DNA of 64,000 bases, from the NCBI GenBank assembly GCA_035689305.1, contig DASSLT010000033.1, forward strand, positions 46,794-110,793, read 5' to 3'. The stretch comes from Solirubrobacterales bacterium. Its GTDB lineage: Bacteria; Actinomycetota; Thermoleophilia; Solirubrobacterales; 70-9. The notes beneath the pieces are model-generated. The model saw only the letters and a program-made list of their open reading frames with translations. It made no database searches and was not told the DNA's origin. This document shows, piece after piece, positions 31,116 through 39,802 of the stretch. Both the position numbers and the translations under genes were made by a program. Numbering within the stretch: the stretch's first letter is position 1; every line of letters begins with the position of its first letter.

Positions 31116-31916
31116 ATGAAGTGGAGTCGTATTGCCGCAGTTCTCTGCGTGGCGGCCGCCTTTGCCGCCCTGGCCGCACCGGCGTTCGCGACCAAGTACG
31201 TGGCATTGGGAGATTCGTACTCGTCGGGAGTGGGGACCCGGAGCTTCTACGAATCGAGCTGCAAGCGGTCGGTCTACGCCTATCCGTACCTGTTGCACAA
31301 CGCACACCCGGAATGGACGTTCGTCAACGCCACCTGCACGGGGGCGACGACCAGCAGCCTGCTCAGCAGCCAGGTTTCGAGCGTCACCTCCGACACCAAC
31401 TGGGTCACCTACACGATCGGCGGCAACGACGCCGGTTTCTCCAGCGTGATCACCGAATGCGCGCTGCCCTCGTGGGCATCGAACTGCAACGGGGCGATCA
31501 ACACCGCGCAGGCGTTCATCAAAAACACGTTGCCGGGCCGGCTCGACTCGGTCAACAACGCGATCAAAGCGAACGCGCCGAGCGCGAAAGTGGTGGTCCT
31601 CGACTACCCGAAGCTCTTCAACGGTGAAGACTGCAACGCCCTCACCTTCTTCAGCCCCGCCGAGGAGACGCGACTGAACGAAACGGCGGAACAGATGCGG
31701 ACCCAGATCAGCGCGGCAGCGACGCGAGCGGGAGCGAACTTCATCTTCCGCGACGTGATCCCGCCGTTCGTCGGGCATGCCGTCTGCGACGGTGGCGGCG
31801 GCTCCTCGACCGAGTGGGTCAACGGCCTCTCGAACCCGGTCGAAGAAAGCTACCACCCGAAGGTCACTGGTCATGCCAGCGGTTACTACCCGGTGGTGAA
31901 AGGGGTCACCGGCTAA
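31116..31916 (+). CDS. Secreted SGNH/GDSL hydrolase (lipase/esterase)
   Basis: Signal peptide AAAFAALAAPAFA, block I YVALGDSYSSGVG, GGND, and a C-terminal HP (block V). Confidence 0.85.
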   Translation: MKWSRIAAVLCVAAAFAALAAPAFATKYVALGDSYSSGVGTRSFYESSCKRSVYAYPYLLHNAHPEWTFVNATCTGATTSSLLSSQVSSVTSDTNWVTYTIGGNDAGFSSVITECALPSWASNCNGAINTAQAFIKNTLPGRLDSVNNAIKANAPSAKVVVLDYPKLFNGEDCNALTFFSPAEETRLNETAEQMRTQISAAATRAGANFIFRDVIPPFVGHAVCDGGGGSSTEWVNGLSNPVEESYHPKVTGHASGYYPVVKGVTG

Positions 31917-31994
31917 AGCGCCCCCGCCACCCAGCTCCCCCGGCCGCGCGCGCGGCCGGGGGAGAGGCGGTAATCCGGGTGGCATCCGAGGCGG

Positions 31995-32294
31995 TTACGC
32001 CGAGGTCGAGGCCGGCTCCGGGTCGGGCCGCACGTAGACCGTGTCGACCACCTCGATCACCTCCTGCGCCGGGATGCCGGCGCGGTCGGCGTGCTCGCGG
32101 ATCGCCTCCTCGCTGACCGCCTGGTAGATGCAGACGGTGCCGACGCGGCCGTTCTCGGCGAGCACGTAGCTGCGGATCCAGCGCACCTGGTCCGACATCT
32201 CCTCGTCGCCGACCTTGGCCGAGCGTTTCGCGCCCGCTTCGAGCTCCTCCGGCGAGGCCCAGCCCTCGCGGCGGAAAATCACGTAGGTCTTCAT
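31995..32294 (-). CDS. DUF4242-like small protein
   Basis: MKTYVIFRREGWASPEELEAGAKRS...VRWIRSYVL...GTVCIYQAVSEEAIREHADRAGIP. The ATG is at 32294; the track ORF extends spuriously upstream. Confidence 0.6.
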   Translation of the reverse strand: MKTYVIFRREGWASPEELEAGAKRSAKVGDEEMSDQVRWIRSYVLAENGRVGTVCIYQAVSEEAIREHADRAGIPAQEVIEVVDTVYVRPDPEPASTSA

Positions 32295-32385
32295 TTCGCG
32301 TTGATCTCCTTTCGAATCAGTTGATGTCGCGAAGGTAGAAAGCCGGGCCTTCCCGGAACCTTCCCTGGGACCTACGCAGCGGGGG

Positions 32386-34290
32386 CTAGGAGAGTTCGGT
32401 GAGGCGAGCGGCGACGCGCTCGGCGTCGAGCTCACGGCCGTTCTCGGTGAAGCCGTCGGCGGCGGCCGCGATCAGTTCACGCGCCTGCGCGGCGTCGCCG
32501 CGGACAAGGGCGATCTCGCCCCGTGCCTCATCCATACTCGGCCGCCAGGCGTCCTGCGGCCAGAGGCCGACGGATTTCTCGGCGGCGGTGACCCATTGGC
32601 CGGCACGCTCGGGCTTGCCGGCGCGGGCGGCGGCGACCGCTGCGGCGAGGTCGAAGACGACGTTGCAGTAGACGCAGGGGCGCTCGATCTCGGCCAGCTC
32701 CGGCTCGGCCTGCTCGAGCCAGCGGCAGCCGAGCTCGGGGTCGCCGGGCGGGACGACGAGGGCGGCGTAACTGAGCGGCTGCAGGTGGCGCGAAAGCGGC
32801 GACCAGCGCGAGAGCGCCAGCGCGTCGCCGAGCAGCGCCTCCGCCCGCGCCTCCTCGCCGCGCGCCCGCGCCGTTTCGCCGAGCCGCAGGCTGGCCAGCG
32901 CCTCGCTGGTGATCGCGCCGATCTCGCGGCTGAGGCGGATCGCCTCGCCGAGGCGCTCCTCGGCCTCCGCCGTCCGCCCCGTCGCCAGCGCCACCTCGCC
33001 GAGCAGCGTCGCGGCGAAGGCCTGGGCGCGGCGGGCGCCGGTGCGCAGCGAGCTCGCGTGCAGCTCCTCGGCGACCTCGCGCAGCCGGCCGTGCGAATCG
33101 CCGCCGTACAGCGCGTACTGGGCGATGCAGAGGTGGCCGTCGAAGAGGGTGTCGGCGAGGTCGGGGGCGCGCAGCGAGGCACCGAGGTCGTGTTCGAGCG
33201 CACCGCCCCAGGCGCCGGTGCTGTGGGCGATGGCGGACTCGACCTCGAGCGCGGCACGTGCCTCGCGCGGCAGGTCCGCCGCTTGCGCCAGCTGGAAGCC
33301 CTCGGCGGCGAGGCGGGTGGCGGTCTCGACGTCGCCGCGGAACCAGGCGGCGGCGGCCTCGGTGACGAGGTGGCCGGCGCGCTCGGCGTCGGAAGAGGGC
33401 GTGAGCGGCGCCAGCGTCGCCTCGGCGGCACCCGGTTCGCCGCCGGCGAGCTGTGCCCAGGCCTGGCGGATGCGGAGCGCGACGCCGTCAGGACCGGCCG
33501 CTGCCGCGGCGTCTCCGTAGGCGGAAGCGGCGCTGCGGTCGCCGATCGCCATCAGCAGGTCGGCCCGGGTCGCCATCAGGTCGGCGCGTTCGGCGACGCT
33601 GGCCCGCTCGAGCTCGGCGTCGATCTTGGCCAGGGCGCCGTCGAGCGCCGGGCCGCCGGCGATGCGGGCGTGGAAGGCGACGACGCCGACGCTCGGCTGC
33701 AGGCCGTGCTCGGCGAGCGCCGCCGCCAGCGCCTCGTAGGCGGCGAGCGCGCCGGGTCGGTCGCCGGCGGCGAGGCGGGTCCGCATCAGCGCCCGCTGCG
33801 CTGCCTCGTCGGCCGGTTCGGCCGCCGCCAGCTCGGCCCAGCGGCCGGCCTCGCGGAGCGCCTCGAGCTGGCGTTCGCGCAGCTCCTGGCGCCGCTCCTG
33901 GGTCCAGGCCGCGTAGCGGTCACCGGGCAGCAGATCGCCGCCGTAGAGGTCGGGGTCGCCGCTCGCCTCAAAGCGCTCGACGTCGGTCTCGACCGCCGCT
34001 GCCGGCGCCAGCTGGACCCCGCCGTCGCGGAGGACGACCGCCTCGGCGGCGCCGAGCGCGCGGCGCGCGTGGTGGGCGGCCTTGTGCAGGTTGGCGACGC
34101 CGGCGTCGGCGTCGAGCTGGGGCCAGAGCGCCTCGACGACCCGCTCGCGGACGAGCCGGTGGCCGGGCGCCAGCGCCAGCAGCTTGACCAGATCGCGCGA
34201 ACGGCCGTGCGTCCAGGCCTCCTCGGCGACGGGCTCGCCGTCGATCCGCACCTCGAAGCCGCCGAGCAGGGTCAGGTCGAGCCGTTCCAT
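32386..34290 (-). CDS. SARP/AfsR-type regulator (winged-helix + BTAD + TPR-like repeats)
   Basis: LTLLGGFEVRIDGEPV...RSRDLVKLLALAP...ALWP at the N-terminus, a BTAD-like segment (YGGDLLPGDRYAAWTQERRQELRE), then a long Ala/Leu-rich helical repeat region. Confidence 0.8.
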   Translation of the reverse strand: MERLDLTLLGGFEVRIDGEPVAEEAWTHGRSRDLVKLLALAPGHRLVRERVVEALWPQLDADAGVANLHKAAHHARRALGAAEAVVLRDGGVQLAPAAAVETDVERFEASGDPDLYGGDLLPGDRYAAWTQERRQELRERQLEALREAGRWAELAAAEPADEAAQRALMRTRLAAGDRPGALAAYEALAAALAEHGLQPSVGVVAFHARIAGGPALDGALAKIDAELERASVAERADLMATRADLLMAIGDRSAASAYGDAAAAAGPDGVALRIRQAWAQLAGGEPGAAEATLAPLTPSSDAERAGHLVTEAAAAWFRGDVETATRLAAEGFQLAQAADLPREARAALEVESAIAHSTGAWGGALEHDLGASLRAPDLADTLFDGHLCIAQYALYGGDSHGRLREVAEELHASSLRTGARRAQAFAATLLGEVALATGRTAEAEERLGEAIRLSREIGAITSEALASLRLGETARARGEEARAEALLGDALALSRWSPLSRHLQPLSYAALVVPPGDPELGCRWLEQAEPELAEIERPCVYCNVVFDLAAAVAAARAGKPERAGQWVTAAEKSVGLWPQDAWRPSMDEARGEIALVRGDAAQARELIAAAADGFTENGRELDAERVAARLTELS

Positions 34291-34339
34291 TGCTGTCGAT
34301 TACACCCTGCCGAGCCCGCCGCGTCCACTTTCGGTAACC

Positions 34340-34357
34340 TACAACCAAATGGTTGTA
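34340..34357. promoter_or_regulatory. Inverted repeat upstream of the third ArsR gene (operator candidate)
   Basis: TACAACC-aaat-GGTTGTA lies 22 nt upstream of the GTG start and inside the divergent intergenic region with the SARP gene. Confidence 0.4.
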
Positions 34358-34378
34358 AATCAGCCGAAGGAGGAGACC

Positions 34379-34720
34379 GTGGACGCTCTGTTCCACGCTC
34401 TCGCCGACACCACCCGCCGCGACATCGTGCGGCGCTGCCTCGAGGGCGAGGCGTCGGTGTCGCGACTGGCCGACGGCTACCCGATCAGCTTCGCCGCGGT
34501 GCAGAAGCACGTCGCGGTGCTCGAGCGCAGCGGCCTCGTCAACAAAGAGCGGCGGGGCAGGGAGCAGCTGGTGCGAACCGACCTCGACGCCGTCACCCGG
34601 GCCCGGAACGCCCTCGAAGAGCTCGAGGCGCAGTGGCGCGGCCGGGTCGGCCGCATGTCCGGGCTGCTGGCCCAGGTGCCCGAACCGACTCAGAACAAGA
34701 TCCGGAAAGGAACGCAATGA
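34379..34720 (+). CDS. ArsR/SmtB-family transcriptional regulator
   Basis: LADTTRRDIVRRCLEGEASVSRLADGYPISFAAVQKHVAVLERSGLVNKERRGREQL. GTG 34379 is preceded by GAAGGAGGA. An in-frame ATG at 34349 lies inside the palindrome. Confidence 0.85.
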   Translation: MDALFHALADTTRRDIVRRCLEGEASVSRLADGYPISFAAVQKHVAVLERSGLVNKERRGREQLVRTDLDAVTRARNALEELEAQWRGRVGRMSGLLAQVPEPTQNKIRKGTQ

Positions 34721-35199
34721 CCGTCACCTCAGTGGACAAGGACCTGGAGAACCTGACCATGACCCTGGTCGCCGACTTCGCCGCCCCCGCCGAGCGGGTC
34801 TGGGAGTTGTGGGCCGACCCGCGGCAGCTCGAGCGCTGGTGGGGCCCGCCGACCTACCCGGCGACCTTCGAGCAGCACGATCTCTCGCCGGGCGGCGAGG
34901 TCACCTACTTCATGACCGGCCCCGACGGCGGGACCTTCCACGGCTGGTGGGGCGTCGAGGCGGTCGATCCGCCGCGCTCGCTGCGCTTCCGCGACGGCTT
35001 CGCCGACGCCGAGGGCAACCGCAACGACCAGATGCCGGTGACCTCGGTCGAGATGACCCTCGCCGATCACGACGGCGGCACCCGGATGCAGCTGCGCTCG
35101 ACCTTTCCCTCCCGCGAGGAGATGGAGAAACTGCTCGAGATGGGCATGGACCAGGGCCTCAGCGAAGCCGTCGGTCAGATGGATGCGCTCCTGGGCTGA
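34717..35199 (+). CDS. SRPBCC (AHSA1-like) family protein
   Basis: FAAPAERVWELWADPRQLERWWGPP. It overlaps the ArsR gene at ATGA. It is the last part of a spurious 867-aa track ORF. Confidence 0.8.
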   Translation: MTVTSVDKDLENLTMTLVADFAAPAERVWELWADPRQLERWWGPPTYPATFEQHDLSPGGEVTYFMTGPDGGTFHGWWGVEAVDPPRSLRFRDGFADAEGNRNDQMPVTSVEMTLADHDGGTRMQLRSTFPSREEMEKLLEMGMDQGLSEAVGQMDALLG

Positions 35200-35252
35200 A
35201 AGCCTGTTCTGAACGCGTGGACGGAGCGGCGTCGTGGGTGTAACGTCGCAAC

Positions 35253-37343
35253 ATGTCGCACAAGGCAGCGGACCGGATTCGGAACGTCGCCCTGATCGGG
35301 CACCGGGGAAGCGGCAAGACCAGCCTGCACGAGGCGCTGCTGCTCGAGGCTGGGGCGATCAACCGCCTCGGCAGCGTCGCGAACGGCACCACGGTCTCCG
35401 ACCACGAGCCCGACGAGCAGCGGCGCGGCCTCTCGATCAACGCCTGCGTCTCCTGCTTCGAACACGCCGAGCGGGAGATCAACCTGATCGATTCGCCGGG
35501 CGACCCGAGCTTCGTCGCCGACGCGGCGGCGGCGCTGCGGGCGGTCGACTCCTGCGTCGTCGTCGTCAACTGCGTCAACGGGGTCGAGGTCCACACCGAG
35601 CGGCTCTGGCGGCGGGCCGACGAGGAGGGGCTGGCGCGACTCGTCTTCGTCAACATGCTCGACCGCGAGCGGGCTGACTTCTTCGCCGCGCTGGAGGCGC
35701 TGAAGAAGGCCTTCGGCCAGCATGTGGTCGCGACCGAGATCCCGATCGGCTCAGAGCGCGAGGTGCGCGGGGTGATCGACCTGATCGACATGGAGGCCTG
35801 TGTCTACGCCGACGGCGAGCGCGGCGGGGCGGAGCGGGTCGAGATCCCGGACGAGCTCCGCGCCCAGGCCGAGGCGTACCGCGAGAAGCTGATGGACGAG
35901 GTCGCCGAGAACTCCGACGAGCTGCTGGAGCGCTACCTCGACGGCGAGGAGATCTCCCACGAGGAGATCGTCGCCGCGCTCAAGCGCGGCGTCACCGAGG
36001 GCCACCTTTTTCCGGTCACATGCGGGGTCGCGACCCGCAACCTCGGCACCGACCGGCTGCTCGACGCGCTGGTCGAGGACCTGCCCTCGCCGCGTATGCG
36101 CGGCTCGCTGGAGGCGCTCGACGGCGACGGCGAGGTGGTCGAGATCGCGCCCGAGGACGGCGGCCCGCTGGTCGCCTACGTCTTCAAGACCACCGCCGAC
36201 CCATATACGGGCCGGATCAACCTCTTCCGCGTCTACAGCGGCACGATCCGCTCCGACTCCCACGCGGTCAACGCCCGCGGCGGCGAGCGCGAGCGGATCG
36301 GCCAGCTCGGGCAGCCGCTCGGCAAGGAGCTGAAGCCGGTCGCCGACCTCGGCGCCGGCGACATCGGTGCCGTCGCCAAGCTGAAGGAGACCCGCGCCGG
36401 CGACGTCCTCGGCGACGGCGATCGGAAGCTCGCGGTGCGGCCGCTCGACCTGCCGGCGCCGGTGATGGCGTTTTCGTATGAGCCGAAATCGAAGGGCGAC
36501 GAGGAGCGGGCGGCGAACGCGGTGCGCCGCCTCGGCGAGGAGGACCCGACGCTCGACGTCCACCGCGACCCGCAGACCGGGGAGCAGATCATCGCCGGCC
36601 TCACCCAGGTCCACGTCGAAGTCCTGGTCGAGCGAATGAGAGAGCGGTTCGGGGCCGAGATCGAGCTGCACCCGCCGCGCGTCCCCTACCAGGAGGCGAT
36701 TCGGCGGCCGGCCGCCGCCCACGCCCGCTACAAGAAGCAGACCGGCGGCAAAGGCCAGTTCGCCGACTGCACGATCGAGATCGAGCCGGGCGAGGACGGC
36801 GCCGGCCTCGAGTTCATCGACAAGATCAAGGGGGCGGCGATCCCCGGCGGCTTCATCCCCGCGGTCGAGAAAGGCATCGTCGAGGCGATGCGCCACGGAA
36901 CCCTCGCCGGCTATCCGGTCAAGGACGTGCGGGTGCGGCTCGTCGACGGCAAGCACCACGACACCGACTCCTCGGAGATGGCGTTCAAAATCGCCGGTGC
37001 GACGGCCTTCAAACAGGCGATGGAAGAAGCCGACCCAGCGCTGCTGGAGCCGATCGTCAAGCTCACCGTCAGCTGCCCCGACGAGGTCGTCGGCGACGTG
37101 ATCGGCGACCTCAACTCGCGCCGCGGGCGGCCGCTGGGGATGGAGGCGAAAGGGTCGACGACCGAGGTCCGGGCCGAGGTGCCGATGGCCGAGGTGCTCG
37201 ACTTCGCCCCCGACCTGCGCTCGATCAGCGGCGGCCGCGCCGACTTCACGGTCGAGTTCGAGCGCTACGAGGAGGTCCCCGCGCACCTGGCCGGGAAGGT
37301 CGTCGACGCCGCCGGCGGCGATCGCGAGGTCCTCAGCGCCTAA
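35253..37343 (+). CDS. Elongation factor G paralogue (EF-G-like) with degenerate GTPase motifs
   Basis: Five-domain EF-G architecture over 696 aa. G1 is GHRGSGKT, G2 is RGLSI, G3 is DSPGD (canonical DTPGH) and G4 is NMLD (canonical NKxD). Confidence 0.85.
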   Translation: MSHKAADRIRNVALIGHRGSGKTSLHEALLLEAGAINRLGSVANGTTVSDHEPDEQRRGLSINACVSCFEHAEREINLIDSPGDPSFVADAAAALRAVDSCVVVVNCVNGVEVHTERLWRRADEEGLARLVFVNMLDRERADFFAALEALKKAFGQHVVATEIPIGSEREVRGVIDLIDMEACVYADGERGGAERVEIPDELRAQAEAYREKLMDEVAENSDELLERYLDGEEISHEEIVAALKRGVTEGHLFPVTCGVATRNLGTDRLLDALVEDLPSPRMRGSLEALDGDGEVVEIAPEDGGPLVAYVFKTTADPYTGRINLFRVYSGTIRSDSHAVNARGGERERIGQLGQPLGKELKPVADLGAGDIGAVAKLKETRAGDVLGDGDRKLAVRPLDLPAPVMAFSYEPKSKGDEERAANAVRRLGEEDPTLDVHRDPQTGEQIIAGLTQVHVEVLVERMRERFGAEIELHPPRVPYQEAIRRPAAAHARYKKQTGGKGQFADCTIEIEPGEDGAGLEFIDKIKGAAIPGGFIPAVEKGIVEAMRHGTLAGYPVKDVRVRLVDGKHHDTDSSEMAFKIAGATAFKQAMEEADPALLEPIVKLTVSCPDEVVGDVIGDLNSRRGRPLGMEAKGSTTEVRAEVPMAEVLDFAPDLRSISGGRADFTVEFERYEEVPAHLAGKVVDAAGGDREVLSA

Positions 37344-37374
37344 CCGTGACCGTGGCTGATCTAGGCTCCGGCCC

Positions 37375-38007
37375 GTGACGAGAGAGCCGGGCCGCCACCC
37401 CCAACCGCCGCTGCGCCGCGCCGACCTGGCGGACGACCCCATTGAGCAGTTCGACCGCTGGTACCGGCAGGCCAAGGCAGAGGTGCCGCTGCCGGAAGCG
37501 ATGACGCTGGCGACGGTCGGGCCCGACGGCGGCCCGGACGCGCGGATGGTCCTGCTCAAGGGCCACGGCGCCGACGGCTTCCGCTTCTTCACCAACTACG
37601 AGAGCGCCAAGGGGGAGCAGATCGCCGCCGACCCGCGGGCGGCGCTGGTCGTCTACTGGCGCGAGCAGGACCGCCAGGTCCGCGTCCGCGGCGCGCTCGA
37701 ACGGCTACCGGCGGCCGAGTCCGACGCCTACTTCGCGACCCGGATCCGCGACAGCCGGCTCGGCGCCTGGGCCTCGCCGCAGAGCCGGCCGCTGCCCGAC
37801 CGCGAGGCGCTGGAAGCGAAGCTGCGCGAGGCCGAGGAGCGCTGGGCGGACGAGGAGGACGTGCCGCGGCCCGAGCACTGGGGCGGCTTCCTCCTGCGCC
37901 CGGAGACGATCGAGTTCTGGCAGGGCCAGCGCGCCCGCCTCCACGACCGCTTCCGCTACTCGCAAGAGGCGGGGGGGCGGTGGACGGTCGAGCGCTTGGC
38001 GCCTTAA
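37375..38007 (+). CDS. pdxH: Pyridoxamine 5'-phosphate oxidase
   Basis: MTLATVGPDGGPDARMVLLKG..., FFTNYESAKG, WGGFLLRPETIEFWQGQRARLHDR and WTVERLAP. Confidence 0.9.
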   Translation: MTREPGRHPQPPLRRADLADDPIEQFDRWYRQAKAEVPLPEAMTLATVGPDGGPDARMVLLKGHGADGFRFFTNYESAKGEQIAADPRAALVVYWREQDRQVRVRGALERLPAAESDAYFATRIRDSRLGAWASPQSRPLPDREALEAKLREAEERWADEEDVPRPEHWGGFLLRPETIEFWQGQRARLHDRFRYSQEAGGRWTVERLAP

Positions 38008-38053
38008 CACTCGGGTATTTACACAAAAACGGTTGACTATTTGACGGGACGGT

Positions 38054-38926
38054 GTGAAGATCGTTCCGATGAAGGGGGTTGCAAGAAGACTGGTGGCGGT
38101 GAGCTTCGCCGTGGTGTTCGGGGTCGCTGCCTTCGCCGGAACCGCCAGCGCGAAACCGACAGGCGAATACGCCCAGTTCGCGCAGTGCGACTACGAAAAC
38201 CCCGAAGTCACCGACTGCATCTACACAGTCACGAACGGGGGGTCGCTCGGGATCGGGACGAAGACGATCCCGTTCGTGAACTCGATCACGCTCGAGGGCT
38301 CTTACGCCTACGAAGAAATGTGGCTGCGCGGCGGCACAAACGGCGTCACCCTCTCGAAAACTCCGCAGCCGGTTCCGGGCGGGCTGAAAGGCGTGACGGC
38401 ACCGGGCTCATGGCCCAAAGTGGTGCAGGAATGGTGGAACGAGGGGATCGAAACAGGCCTCACCGGGGTCAACGCGACGATCGAACTGGCCGGCCCTACC
38501 AAAGGCCTGACCAACATCACACTGAACACCGAAAACCTGATCTTCGAAGAAGGCACCGGGCTCGGGCTGCCGGTGAAAATCCACCTCGAAAGCGCTTTGC
38601 TCGGCAGCAACTGCTTCTTCGGATCGAAAGCCGAACCGATCCAGCTCGATCTCACCACCGGCAGCAGCGGCGAACTGACCGGCACGCCCGGAGAAATTTC
38701 CTTCAACGGTCCCTTCACCATCGTCACCCTCAAAGGTCTGCGCCTGGTCAACGAAAACTTCGCCGCGCCGGCCGTGAGCGGCTGTGGCGGCATGTTCTCG
38801 GAATACGTCGATCCGCTCGTCGACTCGATCTTCGGCACGCCCGCCGCCGCCCCCGAAAACCGCATCACGTTTGAAGGGAACCTCCAGGACGCCAGCGCCG
38901 AAGCGGTCTTCAAAAGCGGCCCCTAG
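38054..38926 (+). CDS. Secreted hypothetical protein, tandem paralogue 1 of 3 (no family recognised)
   Basis: Signal peptide VAVSFAVVFGVAAFAGTASA. Four conserved Cys (QCDYEN, DCIY, SNCFFG, SGCGG) and a C-terminal SGP. ATG 38069 (MKGVARRL) aligns better with the paralogue N-termini and could be a leaderless start. Confidence 0.75.
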   Translation: MKIVPMKGVARRLVAVSFAVVFGVAAFAGTASAKPTGEYAQFAQCDYENPEVTDCIYTVTNGGSLGIGTKTIPFVNSITLEGSYAYEEMWLRGGTNGVTLSKTPQPVPGGLKGVTAPGSWPKVVQEWWNEGIETGLTGVNATIELAGPTKGLTNITLNTENLIFEEGTGLGLPVKIHLESALLGSNCFFGSKAEPIQLDLTTGSSGELTGTPGEISFNGPFTIVTLKGLRLVNENFAAPAVSGCGGMFSEYVDPLVDSIFGTPAAAPENRITFEGNLQDASAEAVFKSGP

Positions 38927-38935
38927 GACCGATCG

Positions 38936-39793
38936 ATGACGGCAATCGCGAAGAAGCTGACGGTGCTGGGAATGGCATTGGTGCTGGGCGCGGCGGTCCT
39001 CGCGGCTCCCGCGGCAGCCGAACCGACAGGCGAATTCGCCGAGTTCAAACAGTGCGAGTACGAAAACAAAGAAATCAGCACCTGCGTCCACTTCGTCTTC
39101 AACGGCGGCACATTCCAGATCGGCAATAAAACGATCCCGCTGAAAAACCCGATCACCCTGCAGGGATCTCGCACACCTGAAGTCGACCTGCTGCACGGCG
39201 CGACAAACGGAGAAACCCTCTCGAAAACGGCAGAGCCGATTCCGGGTGGCCTGGTCGGGGTGACGGCACCGACCTGGTGGCCCCCATTCCTGCAAACCGC
39301 ATTCAACGAGCAGATTGGGACAGGGCTGACCGGGGTCAACGCGACACTCGAGCTGACCGGCCCGACCAAAGGCCTGACCAACGTCACACTGAACACAGAA
39401 AACCTCCTCTTCGAAGAAGGCACCGCCCTCACACTGCCGGTGAAGATCCATCTCGACAGCCCGGTACTCGGCAGCAGCTGCTACATCGGTTCGGACTCGC
39501 AGCCGATCCACCTGCAGTTCACGACCGGCACCAGTGGCGGGCTGAAAGGCAGCGTCGGTGAAATCACGTTCAACGAAGAGTTCACGGTTGCCGACATTGC
39601 CGGTGTCCGCCTCGTCGACAACACCTTCGCCGTGCCGGGGGCGAAAGGGTGCGGCGGCATATTCTCCGCCTTCTACGATCCGTTCATCAACTCGCTCTTC
39701 GGCCTGCCCTCTGCATCTGGCAAAAACCACGCGGTGCTGGAAGGGACACTGACAGAGGCCGACCGCGAAGCGGTCGTCAACAGCGGCCCCTAG
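38936..39793 (+). CDS. Secreted hypothetical protein, tandem paralogue 2 of 3
   Basis: It starts 9 nt after paralogue 1. Signal peptide LGMALVLGAAVLAAPAAA. It is collinear with paralogues 1 and 3 and has the same four Cys positions. Confidence 0.8.
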   Translation: MTAIAKKLTVLGMALVLGAAVLAAPAAAEPTGEFAEFKQCEYENKEISTCVHFVFNGGTFQIGNKTIPLKNPITLQGSRTPEVDLLHGATNGETLSKTAEPIPGGLVGVTAPTWWPPFLQTAFNEQIGTGLTGVNATLELTGPTKGLTNVTLNTENLLFEEGTALTLPVKIHLDSPVLGSSCYIGSDSQPIHLQFTTGTSGGLKGSVGEITFNEEFTVADIAGVRLVDNTFAVPGAKGCGGIFSAFYDPFINSLFGLPSASGKNHAVLEGTLTEADREAVVNSGP

Positions 39794-39802
39794 GGCCTGG
39801 CG

